Both the position numbers and the translations under genes were made by a program. DNA of 63,560 bases, counting the filler. It is 4 parts of 4 records of this genome, joined end to end, with 100 filler letters (N's around TTAATTAATTAA, not from the genome) between each part and the next. Parts side by side here need not be neighbours in the genome. Positions count along the whole stretch, not along the records: positions 1 to 17,545 come from SRR31156797_4483; positions 17,646 to 27,139 come from SRR31156797_4489; 2 more parts are not named here. The stretch is one strand, 5' to 3'. This document shows positions 10,933 through 21,910 of the stretch, piece by piece. Position 1 is the first letter of the stretch, and every line of letters begins with the position of its first letter. The notes under the pieces were generated by a model, which ran no database searches, had not been told where the DNA came from, and saw nothing but the letters and a program-made list of their open reading frames with translations.

Positions 10933-11331
10933 TTACTTGACTTTAATAAGTTCAAAAAATGCAGGTTCGTAACGACCTTCTTTCATTAAAATAATACAAG
11001 AGATGTTGTTTTTGTCTTCTAACAATTCTACTTGTGATTTCGAAATGTGAATTACAATCTCATCATTTTTTGAAAGAGTTTGGTTAAAAGCTGCTCCATA
11101 AGCTTTTACTGTTTGTACCTTACCTAAAAGTTTATAGGAATCATCTTTTGAATCAATTCTACAATCGGTAATAATTAAAGAACAAGTCCCTGGTGCAATT
11201 TGTTTATCACCATCAACATAAATATCATGCTGGGCGACTGGTTTTGGAGCTTTGGTTTTACTTACTTTATTCGGCGGGGCGCACGACATAGTAAATAACG
11301 CTAAAGCGATAAATGGTAAAATTTTTTTCAT
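10933..11331 (-). CDS. Hypothetical lipoprotein
   Basis: Lipobox-type signal MKKILPFIALALFTMSC; co-oriented just upstream of the T9SS cargo gene. Confidence 0.65.
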   Translation of the reverse strand: MKKILPFIALALFTMSCAPPNKVSKTKAPKPVAQHDIYVDGDKQIAPGTCSLIITDCRIDSKDDSYKLLGKVQTVKAYGAAFNQTLSKNDEIVIHISKSQVELLEDKNNISCIILMKEGRYEPAFFELIKVK

Positions 11332-11401
11332 GCTATTTGTGATTTTAGTTAGCAGAGCACAAGTTATGAAAAAATATATTACGATCTTATGATTTATAAA
11401 T

Positions 11402-11438
11402 AAAAAAAAAGCTTCCCATTTTGGAAAGCTTTTTTTTA
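11402..11438 (-). terminator. Intrinsic terminator after purL
   Basis: A-tract, AAGCTTcC...GaAAGCTT stem, T-tract just past the purL stop. Confidence 0.7.
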
Positions 11439-11448
11439 TTTATTGATG

Positions 11449-14400
11449 TTATTTCTGATTTGTAATCCAGTTTTTAGCATTTACAAATGCTTCAATCCAT
11501 GGAGTAACTTCATCATTTATTCTGTTATTATCGTAGTGAGCCCAATTCCAAGGATAAGTTGCGCGCTCCAAGTGTGGCATCATAGCTAGATGACGACCAT
11601 CTTTTGATGCGATTGCAGCTGTTGCAAATGGTGAGCCGTTAGGATTTGCAGGATATTCATTATAACAATATTTCATTGGGATTTGATATTCTTCTTCAGA
11701 ATAAGGCAAATCGAACTTTCCTTCCCCGTGTGCAACCCAAATACCTAACTTCGATCCAGCTAATGAAGAAAGCATTACAGAGTTGTTTTTAGGAACCTCT
11801 ACACTAACGAATCCTGATTCAAATTTATGAGAATCATTGTGTAACAATTTTGGATGTTTTTCATGATCAGGATAAATTAAACCCAATTCAGAAATTAACT
11901 GACAACCATTACATACACCTAAACTTAAAGTGTCTTTTCTCTTGTAGAAGTTATCTAATGCAGCTTTGGCTTTTTCATTATATAAGAATGCACCAGCCCA
12001 ACCTTTGGCAGAACCTAATACATCCGAATTCGAAAATCCTCCAACGAACACGATCATGTTAACATCACTCAAATCTTCACGTCCGGAAATTAAATCTGTC
12101 ATGTGAACATCCTTAACATCCATTCCAGCAAGATGCATCATCCAAGCCATTTCACGATCACCGTTAACTCCTTTTTCACGGATTATTGCAGCTTTAACAC
12201 CTGATTTTTCTGTTCTTTTAGGATCGATTCCATATTGCGAAAACTTACCAGTAAAGCTTTCAGTGAATGAATATTTCAATTCGTTCTTCTTATAAGATTC
12301 AAATCTTTCAAGGGCTAAATCAGCTCCTGATTGATTGCGATCTAATAAGTAGGAGGTTTTGTACCAAAGATCTCTTAATGTTGCAATATCGAAATTGAAC
12401 GATTGAGAATCTTTTACCATGTTTAGGCTGCCAGCAGTAGCAGGAGCACCAATTACATGGAATCTTAATCCGTTTTCACTTAGAGATTTTTGAACTGATT
12501 CAAGATCTTTTACCTGGAAAATTACACCTGGATTCTCACTGAAAAGAACTTTGATTAAATCTTTTTCTTCAATACTACTAAGATCTATGTTTGCACCTAA
12601 ATTGTTATCAGCAAAACACATTTCAAGCAAAGCAGTAATCATACCACCAGCTGAGATATCGTGACCTGCTAGAACTTTACCATTTAGAATTAGATTCTGA
12701 AGAGTTTCAAATGCAGAAACAAAATAGTCAGCATCTGTTACATTAGGAGTTTGTTTTCCTAGCTTATTCACGATCTGAGCAAAACTACTTCCACCCAATT
12801 GGAAATCATCTTTAGAAAAATCAAGGTAAATTAAATGAGAATCCTGATCAGCTTTCATTACTGGAGAGATCATTTTATTGATGTCAATAATTTCACCAAC
12901 AGTAGAAATGATAACAGTTCCTGGAGAATAGACAACATCATCTTTTCCATATTTCTGAGTCATGGAAAGAGAATCTTTACCTGTAGGGATATTAATGCCC
13001 AATTTTACCGCAAAATCACTGATGGATTCAACAGCATTATATAGACGAGCATCTTCACCTTCGTTTTTACATGGCCACATCCAGTTTGCCGAAAGAGATA
13101 TTCCTTTTAATCCTTGTTCTATAGGAGCCCAAACCATATTGGTTAATGATTCGGCTATTGATAAACGACTACCATTTTCAGAATTAACCAAAGCGGCAAT
13201 AGGAGTATGTCCTATAGATGTAGCAATACCTTTCTCACCTTGGAAGTCGATAGCAACAGCACCTAAATTGTTTAAAGGCAACTGAAGAGGACCGGCACAT
13301 TGCTGCATGGCAATTTTACCAGTTACCGAACGGTCAACTTTGTTTGTCAACCAGTCTTTACATGCAACAGCTTCCAATTGAAGAACATTTTCAACATATT
13401 CTTCTAATTTATTTGAATCATATTCAACCGCTTCGAATCCTTCCGAAACAGTTTTGTCATTCATTATAGTTTTTGGTGGTTTACCAAACATCTCGGATAA
13501 GCCCAGATCTATTGGATTTTTACCAGTTTTTTTATCTTCAAAAGTGAACCTCATATCACCAGTTGTTTCACCAACAACATACATAGGAGCACGTTCTCTA
13601 TCTGCAATACGTTGTAAAAGATCCACATCTTCCTCCTTCATCACCAAGCCCATTCTCTCTTGTGACTCATTACCTACAATCTCTTTTGCAGATAAAGTTG
13701 GATCACCTACAGGTAAACTGTTTAAGTCTATTTTTCCTCCGGTTTCTTCAACCAACTCAGAAAGACAATTTAAATGACCACCTGCACCATGATCATGAAT
13801 AGAAGTTATAGGGTTTATATCTGCTTCGGCCATGGCACGAATTGCATTACAAACTCTTTTTTGCATTTCAGGATTAGAACGCTGAACGGCATTCAATTCA
13901 ATTGAGTTGGCAAATTCTCCTGTAGCAACAGAAGAAACAGCTCCACCGCCCATTCCAATTCGGTAATTGTCACCACCTAAAAGAACAACTTTTTCACCAG
14001 TTTCGGGCACATCTTTTAAAGCTTGTTCATGGCGACCGTAACCAATTCCGCCAGCTTGCATGATTACCTTATCGTAACCATATTTTTTATTGTTTTCGAA
14101 ATGTTCAAAAGTAAGTACAGAACCTACAATTAGTGGCTGACCAAATTTATTTCCGAAGTCAGAAGCTCCATTCGATGCCTTAATTAAGATTTCCTCGGGA
14201 GTTTGATATAACCACTCTCTTGCTTCTGTTGCATTTTCCCACTTGCGTGATGCTTCTAATCTTGGATAAGAAGTCATGTAAACAGCGGTACCAGCCATAG
14301 GTACAGATGCTTTACCACCTGCAATTCGATCTCTAATTTCACCACCGGTTCCGGTAGCAGCACCATTAAAAGGTTCAACTGTAGTTGGGAAATTGTGTGT

Positions 14401-15138
14401 CTCCGCTTTTAGTGAGATAACCGTGTCAATATCTTTGGTTTTAAAGAAATCAGCTTTGTCGTGAGTTGCTGGAGCAAATTGCTCCGCTTTAGGACCAGCT
14501 AAAAACGCACAATTGTCTTTATAAGCAGATACAATTCTATTGTGATTTTCTTTCGAAGTTTTCTTGATCAATTGGAAAAGTGAAGATTCTTTTTCTTCTC
14601 CATCTATAATAAAGGTACCATTAAAGATTTTATGACGGCAATGTTCGGAATTAACTTGTGAAAAACCAAATACTTCCGAGTCGGTTAATTTTCTTCCTAT
14701 TTTTTCAGAAACATCATTTAAATATGAGATTTCTTCAGAACTAAGAGCCAAACCTTCTTTGTTGTTATATTCTTCAATATTCTCAATATATAATATTGAG
14801 TCAGGTTCCTTATCGATAGTGTAAATTTCCTGATCTAATTTAGTATACAATGCTTGTAGCATTGGATCAAATTCAGGCTTTTCTGATTTTGCCAGGAAGT
14901 ATTGTTCTATTCTTAAAATGCCTGAAAGTCCCATGTTTTGGGTTATTTCAACAGCATTAGTACTCCAAGGGGTAATCATCTCTTTTCTTGGTCCAACGAA
15001 TGTTCCTTCTAACACTTCTTGATCGGCAATAGAAGCATTTCCGAACAACCAGGAAAGTTTGTCAAGATCTAAACCACTTAATGGGTTTGTAGCCTGAACA
15101 ACAAAATGTACTTCGTCTTTTTTGAAGAATACTATCAT
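11449..15138 (-). CDS. purL: Phosphoribosylformylglycinamidine synthase (large single-chain form)
   Basis: NSEHCRHKIFN, KAETHNFPT, GAATGTGGEIRD, HDHGAGG, NESQERM, GKDSLSM, glutaminase LGVCNGCQ and MMPHLER. Confidence 0.97.
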   Translation of the reverse strand: MIVFFKKDEVHFVVQATNPLSGLDLDKLSWLFGNASIADQEVLEGTFVGPRKEMITPWSTNAVEITQNMGLSGILRIEQYFLAKSEKPEFDPMLQALYTKLDQEIYTIDKEPDSILYIENIEEYNNKEGLALSSEEISYLNDVSEKIGRKLTDSEVFGFSQVNSEHCRHKIFNGTFIIDGEEKESSLFQLIKKTSKENHNRIVSAYKDNCAFLAGPKAEQFAPATHDKADFFKTKDIDTVISLKAETHNFPTTVEPFNGAATGTGGEIRDRIAGGKASVPMAGTAVYMTSYPRLEASRKWENATEAREWLYQTPEEILIKASNGASDFGNKFGQPLIVGSVLTFEHFENNKKYGYDKVIMQAGGIGYGRHEQALKDVPETGEKVVLLGGDNYRIGMGGGAVSSVATGEFANSIELNAVQRSNPEMQKRVCNAIRAMAEADINPITSIHDHGAGGHLNCLSELVEETGGKIDLNSLPVGDPTLSAKEIVGNESQERMGLVMKEEDVDLLQRIADRERAPMYVVGETTGDMRFTFEDKKTGKNPIDLGLSEMFGKPPKTIMNDKTVSEGFEAVEYDSNKLEEYVENVLQLEAVACKDWLTNKVDRSVTGKIAMQQCAGPLQLPLNNLGAVAIDFQGEKGIATSIGHTPIAALVNSENGSRLSIAESLTNMVWAPIEQGLKGISLSANWMWPCKNEGEDARLYNAVESISDFAVKLGINIPTGKDSLSMTQKYGKDDVVYSPGTVIISTVGEIIDINKMISPVMKADQDSHLIYLDFSKDDFQLGGSSFAQIVNKLGKQTPNVTDADYFVSAFETLQNLILNGKVLAGHDISAGGMITALLEMCFADNNLGANIDLSSIEEKDLIKVLFSENPGVIFQVKDLESVQKSLSENGLRFHVIGAPATAGSLNMVKDSQSFNFDIATLRDLWYKTSYLLDRNQSGADLALERFESYKKNELKYSFTESFTGKFSQYGIDPKRTEKSGVKAAIIREKGVNGDREMAWMMHLAGMDVKDVHMTDLISGREDLSDVNMIVFVGGFSNSDVLGSAKGWAGAFLYNEKAKAALDNFYKRKDTLSLGVCNGCQLISELGLIYPDHEKHPKLLHNDSHKFESGFVSVEVPKNNSVMLSSLAGSKLGIWVAHGEGKFDLPYSEEEYQIPMKYCYNEYPANPNGSPFATAAIASKDGRHLAMMPHLERATYPWNWAHYDNNRINDEVTPWIEAFVNAKNWITNQK

Positions 15139-15190
15139 TTTAACGTCAACTTAAAAATTTATAAAAATGGTTGAATGTTGTTTCAAAGTG

Positions 15191-15198
15191 CAAATATA
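15191..15198 (-). promoter_or_regulatory. Bacteroidota -7 promoter element (TAnnTTTG) for purL
   Basis: Minus strand reads TATATTTG about 55 nt upstream of the purL ATG. Confidence 0.55.
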
Positions 15199-15642
15199 AA
15201 CAAAAGAGTTGCAAAACGAGCGTGAAAATGTATTAGTAATTAAGTAGTTTTTTTCATTATTAAAAACCAATTAGTTCTTCCTGGTGATTTTTAAAAGATC
15301 GATATAAATGTTTATCAGTAACTGGACAATATTTAGATTGAAAATCTATTGAAAACATGTTGCGCAATACCTAAAAAAGTTTCAGTTTTTTTAAAAAAGC
15401 GCTTTCCTTTGACCTCGAATTCAAAAACAATTTCTTTTTACGCAAAGGTTTTCGCTAATATTGGATTTTCAGTCAGAGTTTAAGTTATATTTCGTATCTT
15501 ATTTCGCTGAAAAACAAGAAGGTATTAAGTGTTGCATCTTCTGTTTTTACATGTTGAAGAACAACTTTTGCAATGTTAAAGATCATTGATTGAGATTTTT
15601 AGAATAAATATTTTTGTCACTATTAATTTAAAATATAAGAAT

Positions 15643-16047
15643 ATGAAACCGTCGCATATTGAACATATCGGTATCGCTGTAAAAAGCTTAGAAGAGGCAA
15701 TTCCATTTTACGAGAAAGTTTTGGGATTGGAGTGTTATGCAGTTGAAGAGGTTGTAGACCAAAAGGTAAAGACTGCTTTCTTTAAAGTTGGAGATACTAA
15801 AATTGAATTGTTAGAATCTACTGATCCAGCAGGTCCAATTGGTAAATTTGTTGAGAAAACAGGTGGCGGAATGCATCACATGGCTTTCGCAGTAGAAGAT
15901 GTACAAGAAGCATTGAATGATGTTCAGGAAGCAGGTTGCCAGGTGATTGATAAAACTCCTCGCGATGGTGCTGAAGGGTTAAAGATTGGTTTCTTGCATC
16001 CAAAATCAACCATGAGAGTGCTGACAGAGCTTTGCGGCGACAAATAA
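15643..16047 (+). CDS. mce: Methylmalonyl-CoA epimerase
   Basis: MKPSHIEHIGIAV...KIELLE...GGMHHMAFAV...FLHPK...TEL VOC-fold motifs; start re-called to ATG 15643. Confidence 0.92.
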   Translation: MKPSHIEHIGIAVKSLEEAIPFYEKVLGLECYAVEEVVDQKVKTAFFKVGDTKIELLESTDPAGPIGKFVEKTGGGMHHMAFAVEDVQEALNDVQEAGCQVIDKTPRDGAEGLKIGFLHPKSTMRVLTELCGDK

Positions 16048-16084
16048 GAAAACTCAATATTTAAATAACAACACAATTTAAGTT

Positions 16085-17545
16085 ATGGCTAGTCAGGATA
16101 AGATTAAAAAATTAATTGACTTAAGAGCAGAAGCTAAGCTTGGTGGAGGTGAAAAAAGAATTGCATCTCAACACAAGAAAGGCAAATACACAGCTCGCGA
16201 AAGAATCGATATGCTTCTTGATGAAGGAAGTTTCGAGGAATTTGACATGTTTGTTTCTCACCGTTGTACCAATTTTGGTATGGAGAAAACCAAATTTTTA
16301 GGAGATGGTGTTGTAACCGGTCAAGGTACAATCGACGGAAAATTAATTTTCGTATTCTCTCAGGATTTTACAGTATTTGGAGGTTCGTTGTCTGAGACAT
16401 TTGCACAGAAAATTTGCAAAATCATGGATATGGCAATGAAAATGGGTGCTCCTGTTGTCGGATTAAACGATTCAGGTGGAGCTCGTATTCAGGAAGGTGT
16501 TACTGCATTGGCAGGATATGCTGAAATTTTTGAAAGAAATATTCTTGCTTCAGGTGTTATTCCTCAAATTTCTGCAATTTTCGGACCTTGTGCTGGTGGT
16601 GCTGTTTATTCTCCTGCTTTGACTGACTTTATCATGATGACTGAAGAGAAATCTTACATGTTCGTTACAGGACCTAAGGTTGTAAAAACAGTTACAGGTG
16701 AAGATATCACTGTGGAAGATCTTGGTGGTGCCAAAATGCACGCTTCTAAATCAGGTGTTTCTCACTTCATGTTAGAGGATGAAGAAGAAGGTATCATGAT
16801 TATCCGTAAGTTGTTATCTTACATGCCATCAAATAACTTAGAAGAGGCTCCAATTTTAGAATGTAATGATCCAATCGATAGAATGGATGACATTTTGAAT
16901 GATATTATTCCTGAAAATCCTAACATGCCTTATGATATGAAGGATGTTATTTATTCTATTGCAGATGATTCTGAATTCCTTGAAGTTCACCGTCACTATG
17001 CTAAGAATATTATCGTTGGATTTACTCGTATGGGTGGTATGTCAGTTGGTGTTGTTGCAAATCAGCCTAACTTCCTTGCTGGTGTACTTGATATCGAATC
17101 ATCAAGAAAAGCAGCCAGATTCATTCGTTTCTGCGACTGTTTCAATATTCCAATCCTGACATTGGTTGATGTTCCTGGTTTCTTACCTGGATCAAGTCAA
17201 GAGTTTGGTGGTATCATTACTCACGGTGCGAAACTAATGTTCGCTTATGGTGAGGCAACTGTACCAAAAGTAACTATTACATTAAGAAAATCATACGGTG
17301 GTGCTCATGACGTAATGTCTTCTAAGCAACTTCGTGGAGACTTGAATTATGCTTGGCCATCAGCTGAAATTGCAGTTATGGGAGCTAAGGGTGCTATCGA
17401 AGTCCTACATGGAAGAAAGCTTGCTGAACTGAATGATGATGAAAAAGTGAAGTTCATTGGAGAGAAAGAAATTGAGTACAATGAGGCCTTTGCTAATCCA
17501 TACAATGCAGCTTCTTACGGTTACATTGATGATGTAATTGAGCCA
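16085..17545 (+). CDS. Acyl-CoA carboxyltransferase (methylmalonyl-CoA decarboxylase alpha / propionyl-CoA carboxylase beta), truncated at contig end
   Basis: [52 protein letters not shown]; follows mce. Confidence 0.9.
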
Positions 17546-17645
17546 NNNNNNNNNNNNNNNNNNNNNNNNNNNNNNNNNNNNNNNNNNNNTTAATTAATTA
17601 ANNNNNNNNNNNNNNNNNNNNNNNNNNNNNNNNNNNNNNNNNNNN
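17546..17645. other. Artificial contig spacer (N-run with TTAATTAATTAA)
   Basis: 44 N + TTAATTAATTAA (stop in all frames) + 44 N; identical at three places. Confidence 0.99.
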
Positions 17646-18549
17646 TTATAAAAAGTGCCTTAATTATATGTTGAGCCATTTTTGGATTTTCTTTTAATCT
17701 CCGGGTTGAATAGCCAAACCATTGTTGTCCGTACGGAACGTAAACTCGCATAAGATGCCCTTCGTTAACAACAGACTGTCTTAGGTCGGGAGTTACTCCA
17801 TACAACATCTGGAATTCATACATCTTTTTTGGAATATTTAATTCCTTGATCATCTTCAAGGCTTCTTCAACCAAATATTTATCGTGGGTTGCAATGCCAA
17901 CATACATTTTGTTTTCAAACATGTAACGCAGGTTAGCAAGGAAATGCTGGCGGACTTCATCAAAACCTTTAAATGCAATGTTTTCCGGTTCAACATAAAT
18001 ACCTTTACATAGCCTGAAACTTACAGGATGGTTTTCGTTGTTTAAATCGTTTAGTGCTTCAATATCGCTTGCTGTTCTGCGAAGATAAGCTTGAACAACT
18101 ATTCCAACATGTTTTGGGAATTCAGCATGTAATTTTCTGAAAATTTCCAACTCCATATCAACACATTGCGAGTCTTCCATATCAATTCGAACAAACGAAT
18201 CTTTTTCAGCAGCCAGTTTTACAATGTCCCTTAAGTAATTGTAACATATGTCTTTATCAATCAATAAGCCAAACATTGTTGGTTTTACCGAGAAATTACC
18301 TTTTACCTTTTCGGCAGTAAAACATTCAATAACTTCCAGGTATTCGTCGCGGTTCTTTTCTGCCTCGTTAAGGGTTTTTATAAATTCACCTAAAATGTCA
18401 ACGGTTACTTCAATTCCTTTTTCATTTAAAAGCTTCGACGCAAGTAATCCCTCTTCCATTGTCTCTCCTGCAATGTACCTTTTCGAAAAAACCCAAACCA
18501 GTTTTTTGGGCATGAATGGTAAAATATTTGCTATAAGCCTATTCAACAT
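17646..18549 (-). CDS. Monofunctional proline dehydrogenase, 3' end at contig edge
   Basis: RYIAGE, VRIDMEDS, VVQAYLRR, RLCKGIY, IATHD, EFQMLYG, RVYVPYG, YSTRRLKENP; start re-called to ATG 18549. Confidence 0.9.
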
Positions 18550-18790
18550 TTCTGTTTTTGAGTAAATACTTTTTTGTACAGCGTAAAAATACAATGCAGG
18601 TAAAGTTTATTTCAATGATGTTTATCAGTGACTAAGCATGATTTAACGCAGCTTTTTCAGGAAGTATCTGATTATTAATTACATGAAAAAAGTGTTAATT
18701 AGGGTTTCGCATTTCGGGTAAAAAATTATCTTTGTCCGAGCTTAAACTTAATTAGAAAACCAAAAAGGTTAAACGTTAAAAAGAATTAGA

Positions 18791-19399
18791 ATGAAAGGAT
18801 CTTCATTAATTGTAAGTATTGTATTGTTTGTAGCGGTTGCAGTGTTATATGTTTTACATTTTACCGGAGGTACTACCGACAACCAGGGAGGAGTTGAAGT
18901 AAAAAGGATTGATGGAAACCCATCAGGTTTAAATATTGCATATATTAAAGCCGATTCTGTTATTTTAAACTACAATTTATCGCAGGATTTACACGATGAG
19001 TTCTCAAAAAAGCAAGAAGCTTATACTTCTGAATACGGAATTAAACGTCAATCATTTGAGAAGGAAGCAGCTGCTTTTCAGGAAAAACTTCAACGTGGCG
19101 GTTTTTTAACTGAGCAACGTGCAGTTCAGGAGCGCGACCGTTTGGTTGGTAAAGAGCAGGAGATTGTAAAACTGGATCAGGAATTGTCGGCTAAACTGGC
19201 TGAAATTCAACAAGAAAACAATAAGCAGATTTTAGATAATATAATGGATTACCTGAAAAAGTACAACGAAAAAGCGGGTTACGATTATATCTTTAATGGT
19301 ACAAATATTCTTATTGGCGATGAGGCACACAATATTACTGCAGATGTGTTAAAAGCATTAAATGAGGCATACGATTCGCAAAAAACTTCGGCAGAATAA
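18791..19399 (+). CDS. OmpH/Skp family outer-membrane chaperone
   Basis: N-terminal TM, IAYIKADSV, coiled-coil body, YDYIF...NITADVLKALN. TATCTTTG -7 element at 18727-18734. Confidence 0.85.
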   Translation: MKGSSLIVSIVLFVAVAVLYVLHFTGGTTDNQGGVEVKRIDGNPSGLNIAYIKADSVILNYNLSQDLHDEFSKKQEAYTSEYGIKRQSFEKEAAAFQEKLQRGGFLTEQRAVQERDRLVGKEQEIVKLDQELSAKLAEIQQENNKQILDNIMDYLKKYNEKAGYDYIFNGTNILIGDEAHNITADVLKALNEAYDSQKTSAE

Positions 19400-19419
19400 A
19401 AATATTATTCCAAATATAT

Positions 19420-19447
19420 GATCCGGGCTTAGGTCCGGATTTTTTTT
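19420..19447 (+). terminator. Intrinsic terminator after ompH-like gene
   Basis: ATCCGGgC-ttag-GtCCGGAT stem followed by a T-run. Confidence 0.75.
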
Positions 19448-19473
19448 GCCCTTATTTTATCTAGTTTTGTAGC

Positions 19474-20661
19474 ATGTTTGCTAATAAGTATTTGCTTAAA
19501 AACAATTCTGGTGTTTTAATTAATTGTGATCCGGGAAAGAACCTTGGAATTACAGTTGTTATTCCATGTTTAAGAGAACCGGAAATTATATCTACTCTCG
19601 AATCGCTTAAAAATTGTACTATCCCTCATTTATTTGTGGAGGTTATTGTTTTGATTAATCATTCAGAAACTGCAGAAAGTGAAACGAATAACCAGAATCA
19701 GCAAACAAAAATTCAGTTGGACAGATGGATTCAGGAGAATCAGGTGGAAGGAATGCAATTTTATGCAGTTGGCCCGGTTATACTAAAGAAAAAATGGGCC
19801 GGAGCAGGTTTGGCACGAAAGAAGGGCATGGATGAAGCCGTAAGACGGTTTAACCTCTTGAATAAAGAAGATGGGATTATTGTTTCATTGGATGCCGACA
19901 CCTTGGTTGAAAAGAATTATTTAACGGAGATTGAAAGATACTTTGTAAAAAATCCGAAACATGCTGGAGCTACCATTGCGTTTGAACATCAGAAGAAAGA
20001 TTTGGAGGATAAACAACTGCAGGGGATTGAACTTTATGAGCTCTATCTGAATTATTATAAACAAGCACTGGATTATGCCGGTTATCCTTATTCAATGTTT
20101 ACCATTGGATCGGCATTTGCTGTTACTGCTTTAGCCTATGTAAAAAGAGGTGGTATGAATCGCAGACAGGCTGGTGAAGACTTCTATTTCTTACAAAACC
20201 TGGTGCAGGTTGGAGCGGTGGGTGAAATAAACTCTACACTGGTTTATCCCTCGTCAAGGTTGTCCGATCGTATTCCTTTTGGTACCGGGCCAATATTGAA
20301 AAAATGGATGCTTGGCGAAGAAGACCTCGAAATGACGTATAACTTTAAGGCGTTTTCAGATTTAAAATTGTTTCTCGACAGGAAAGATCAGTTTTATAAA
20401 AAGAATCACACAGAGTATTTACAACTCATTGAATGTATGAAAGCTTCGGTTAAGGAATTTCTTCATACAGATAATTTTTGGAATGAACTATCTGATTTGA
20501 ACAAGAATTGTGCAACAATTGAATCTTTCAGATTGCGCTTTTTTCAGAAGTTTAATGCATTTAAAATTTTAAAGTTCCTGAATTTTGCACATGAAAACTA
20601 TTATCCGAAGTTAAATCTGTACGAACAAATTGCATTGCTAAATAAGGAACAAAAGGCTTAA
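19474..20661 (+). CDS. Glycosyltransferase family 2-like protein
   Basis: VVIPC..E, GAGLARKKGMD, SLDAD (DxD), AGEDFYFL, SSRLSDR.PFGTG. Confidence 0.75.
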   Translation: MFANKYLLKNNSGVLINCDPGKNLGITVVIPCLREPEIISTLESLKNCTIPHLFVEVIVLINHSETAESETNNQNQQTKIQLDRWIQENQVEGMQFYAVGPVILKKKWAGAGLARKKGMDEAVRRFNLLNKEDGIIVSLDADTLVEKNYLTEIERYFVKNPKHAGATIAFEHQKKDLEDKQLQGIELYELYLNYYKQALDYAGYPYSMFTIGSAFAVTALAYVKRGGMNRRQAGEDFYFLQNLVQVGAVGEINSTLVYPSSRLSDRIPFGTGPILKKWMLGEEDLEMTYNFKAFSDLKLFLDRKDQFYKKNHTEYLQLIECMKASVKEFLHTDNFWNELSDLNKNCATIESFRLRFFQKFNAFKILKFLNFAHENYYPKLNLYEQIALLNKEQKA

Positions 20662-21462
20662 GGCCATAATTACCATTCCTCCTGTTAAGCCGTAAATAGC
20701 AACGTGATGTTCTCCATATTCTTCGGCTGACGGTAATAGTTCATCCAAAGAGATAAATACCATTATTCCTGCAATGGATGCCATGGTTACTCCAAAAATG
20801 ACTTCGCTGTTCCCCGAGTTAAGGAAGGGCATAAGTGCCAGGTAAGCAATTAGTGCTCCAACAGGCTCTGAGAGACCGGAAAGAAAGGAATAGAAAAAGG
20901 CTTTTTTTCGATTGCCGGTAGCATAGTAGATCGGAACCGAGATAGCAATACCTTCAGGAATATTATGAATGGCTATTGCAATTGCAATGGCGACACCAAG
21001 TGCCGGATCTTTAATAGCCGACATAAATGTTGCAATTCCTTCAGGAAAGTTATGTACCCCAACTGCAAGAGCAGTCATTAAACCCATTCGGTAGAGCTTA
21101 TTAAAACGATTGGCTTCTTTTTTATTATCCATCGCTTCAATACCTCTCATTTCGTGTGGATTTTCAAAGCTTGGTATAAATTTATCGATTAGTGCAATTA
21201 GCAACATTCCTCCAAAAAAAGCGATAACGGTGTACAAGGTTCCATTAAACTCATTGTATTGAAGTACCAGACTTTCTTTTGCTTCCTGAAAAATCTCCAC
21301 AAAAGATATGTAAATCATAACACCAGCCGAAAAACCAAGAGATAAAGTAAGAAGTTTAGTATTAGTACGTTTGGCTACAAAGGCAATGGCACTGCCAATT
21401 CCGGTCGACAATCCGGCAAACAAGGTGAGTAGCAGGGCATAAATAACGTTTGACGATTCCAT
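20638..21462 (-). CDS. zupT: ZIP-family zinc transporter
   Basis: LGFSAGVMIYISF, HNFPEG and HNIPEG metal motifs, SLDELLP. Confidence 0.92.
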   Translation of the reverse strand: MESSNVIYALLLTLFAGLSTGIGSAIAFVAKRTNTKLLTLSLGFSAGVMIYISFVEIFQEAKESLVLQYNEFNGTLYTVIAFFGGMLLIALIDKFIPSFENPHEMRGIEAMDNKKEANRFNKLYRMGLMTALAVGVHNFPEGIATFMSAIKDPALGVAIAIAIAIHNIPEGIAISVPIYYATGNRKKAFFYSFLSGLSEPVGALIAYLALMPFLNSGNSEVIFGVTMASIAGIMVFISLDELLPSAEEYGEHHVAIYGLTGGMVIMALSLLFLI

Positions 21463-21668
21463 ATTTTTGTTAAAATGAATAACAAAATTAACAAAAAGTA
21501 GATTAATTGAATATTAATACTTCATTAAGGTCTATTGGTCAGAAAATGAGGGGATTATAATGTCTTGGCTTAAAACATGTCAAGAAATTAGGTTGTGAAT
21601 TTTGAAATTATAGCAAACTTTGTACATTTGCTGAAACGTTAATGTTTAACTAAAAAAAAATCATTGTT

Positions 21669-21839
21669 ATGGCATACAAAATTTCAGATGAATGTATTGC
21701 ATGCGGTACTTGTATCGATGAGTGCCCGGTTGACGCTATCGCGGAAGGTGATGTTTATGTAATCGACGCCGAACTTTGTACTGACTGTGGTTCATGTGCA
21801 GAAGTATGTCCGGTTGAAGCTATTTCTATTGTAGAATAG
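21669..21839 (+). CDS. 2[4Fe-4S] ferredoxin (56 aa)
   Basis: Not in ORF track. MAYKISDECIACGTCIDECPVDAIAEGDVYVIDAELCTDCGSCAEVCPVEAISIVE has two CxxCxxCxxxCP motifs; TACATTTG -7 element at 21623-21630. Confidence 0.95.
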   Translation: MAYKISDECIACGTCIDECPVDAIAEGDVYVIDAELCTDCGSCAEVCPVEAISIVE

Positions 21840-21863
21840 TACGGTCGACATGTAAAGATTCAC

Positions 21864-21888
21864 AAGCTCGCGCATGCGGGCTTTTTTT
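21864..21888. terminator. Intrinsic terminator after ferredoxin
   Basis: AAGCTCGC-gcat-GCGGGCTT followed by a T-run. Confidence 0.8.
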
Positions 21889-21910
21889 ATGCCCAGAAAT
21901 TCACAGGTTT

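Noticed and set aside
17546-17645. Repeated TTAATTAATTAA palindrome within N-runs (also 27140-27239 and 56925-57024)
   Set aside because: Artificial all-frame-stop contig linker; gene adjacency across these points is meaningless, and X-containing ORF ends are artefacts.
18615-18626. TGAT-N4-ATCA (CRP/FNR-like) upstream of proline dehydrogenase
   Set aside because: Single short match in AT-rich DNA; insufficient support.
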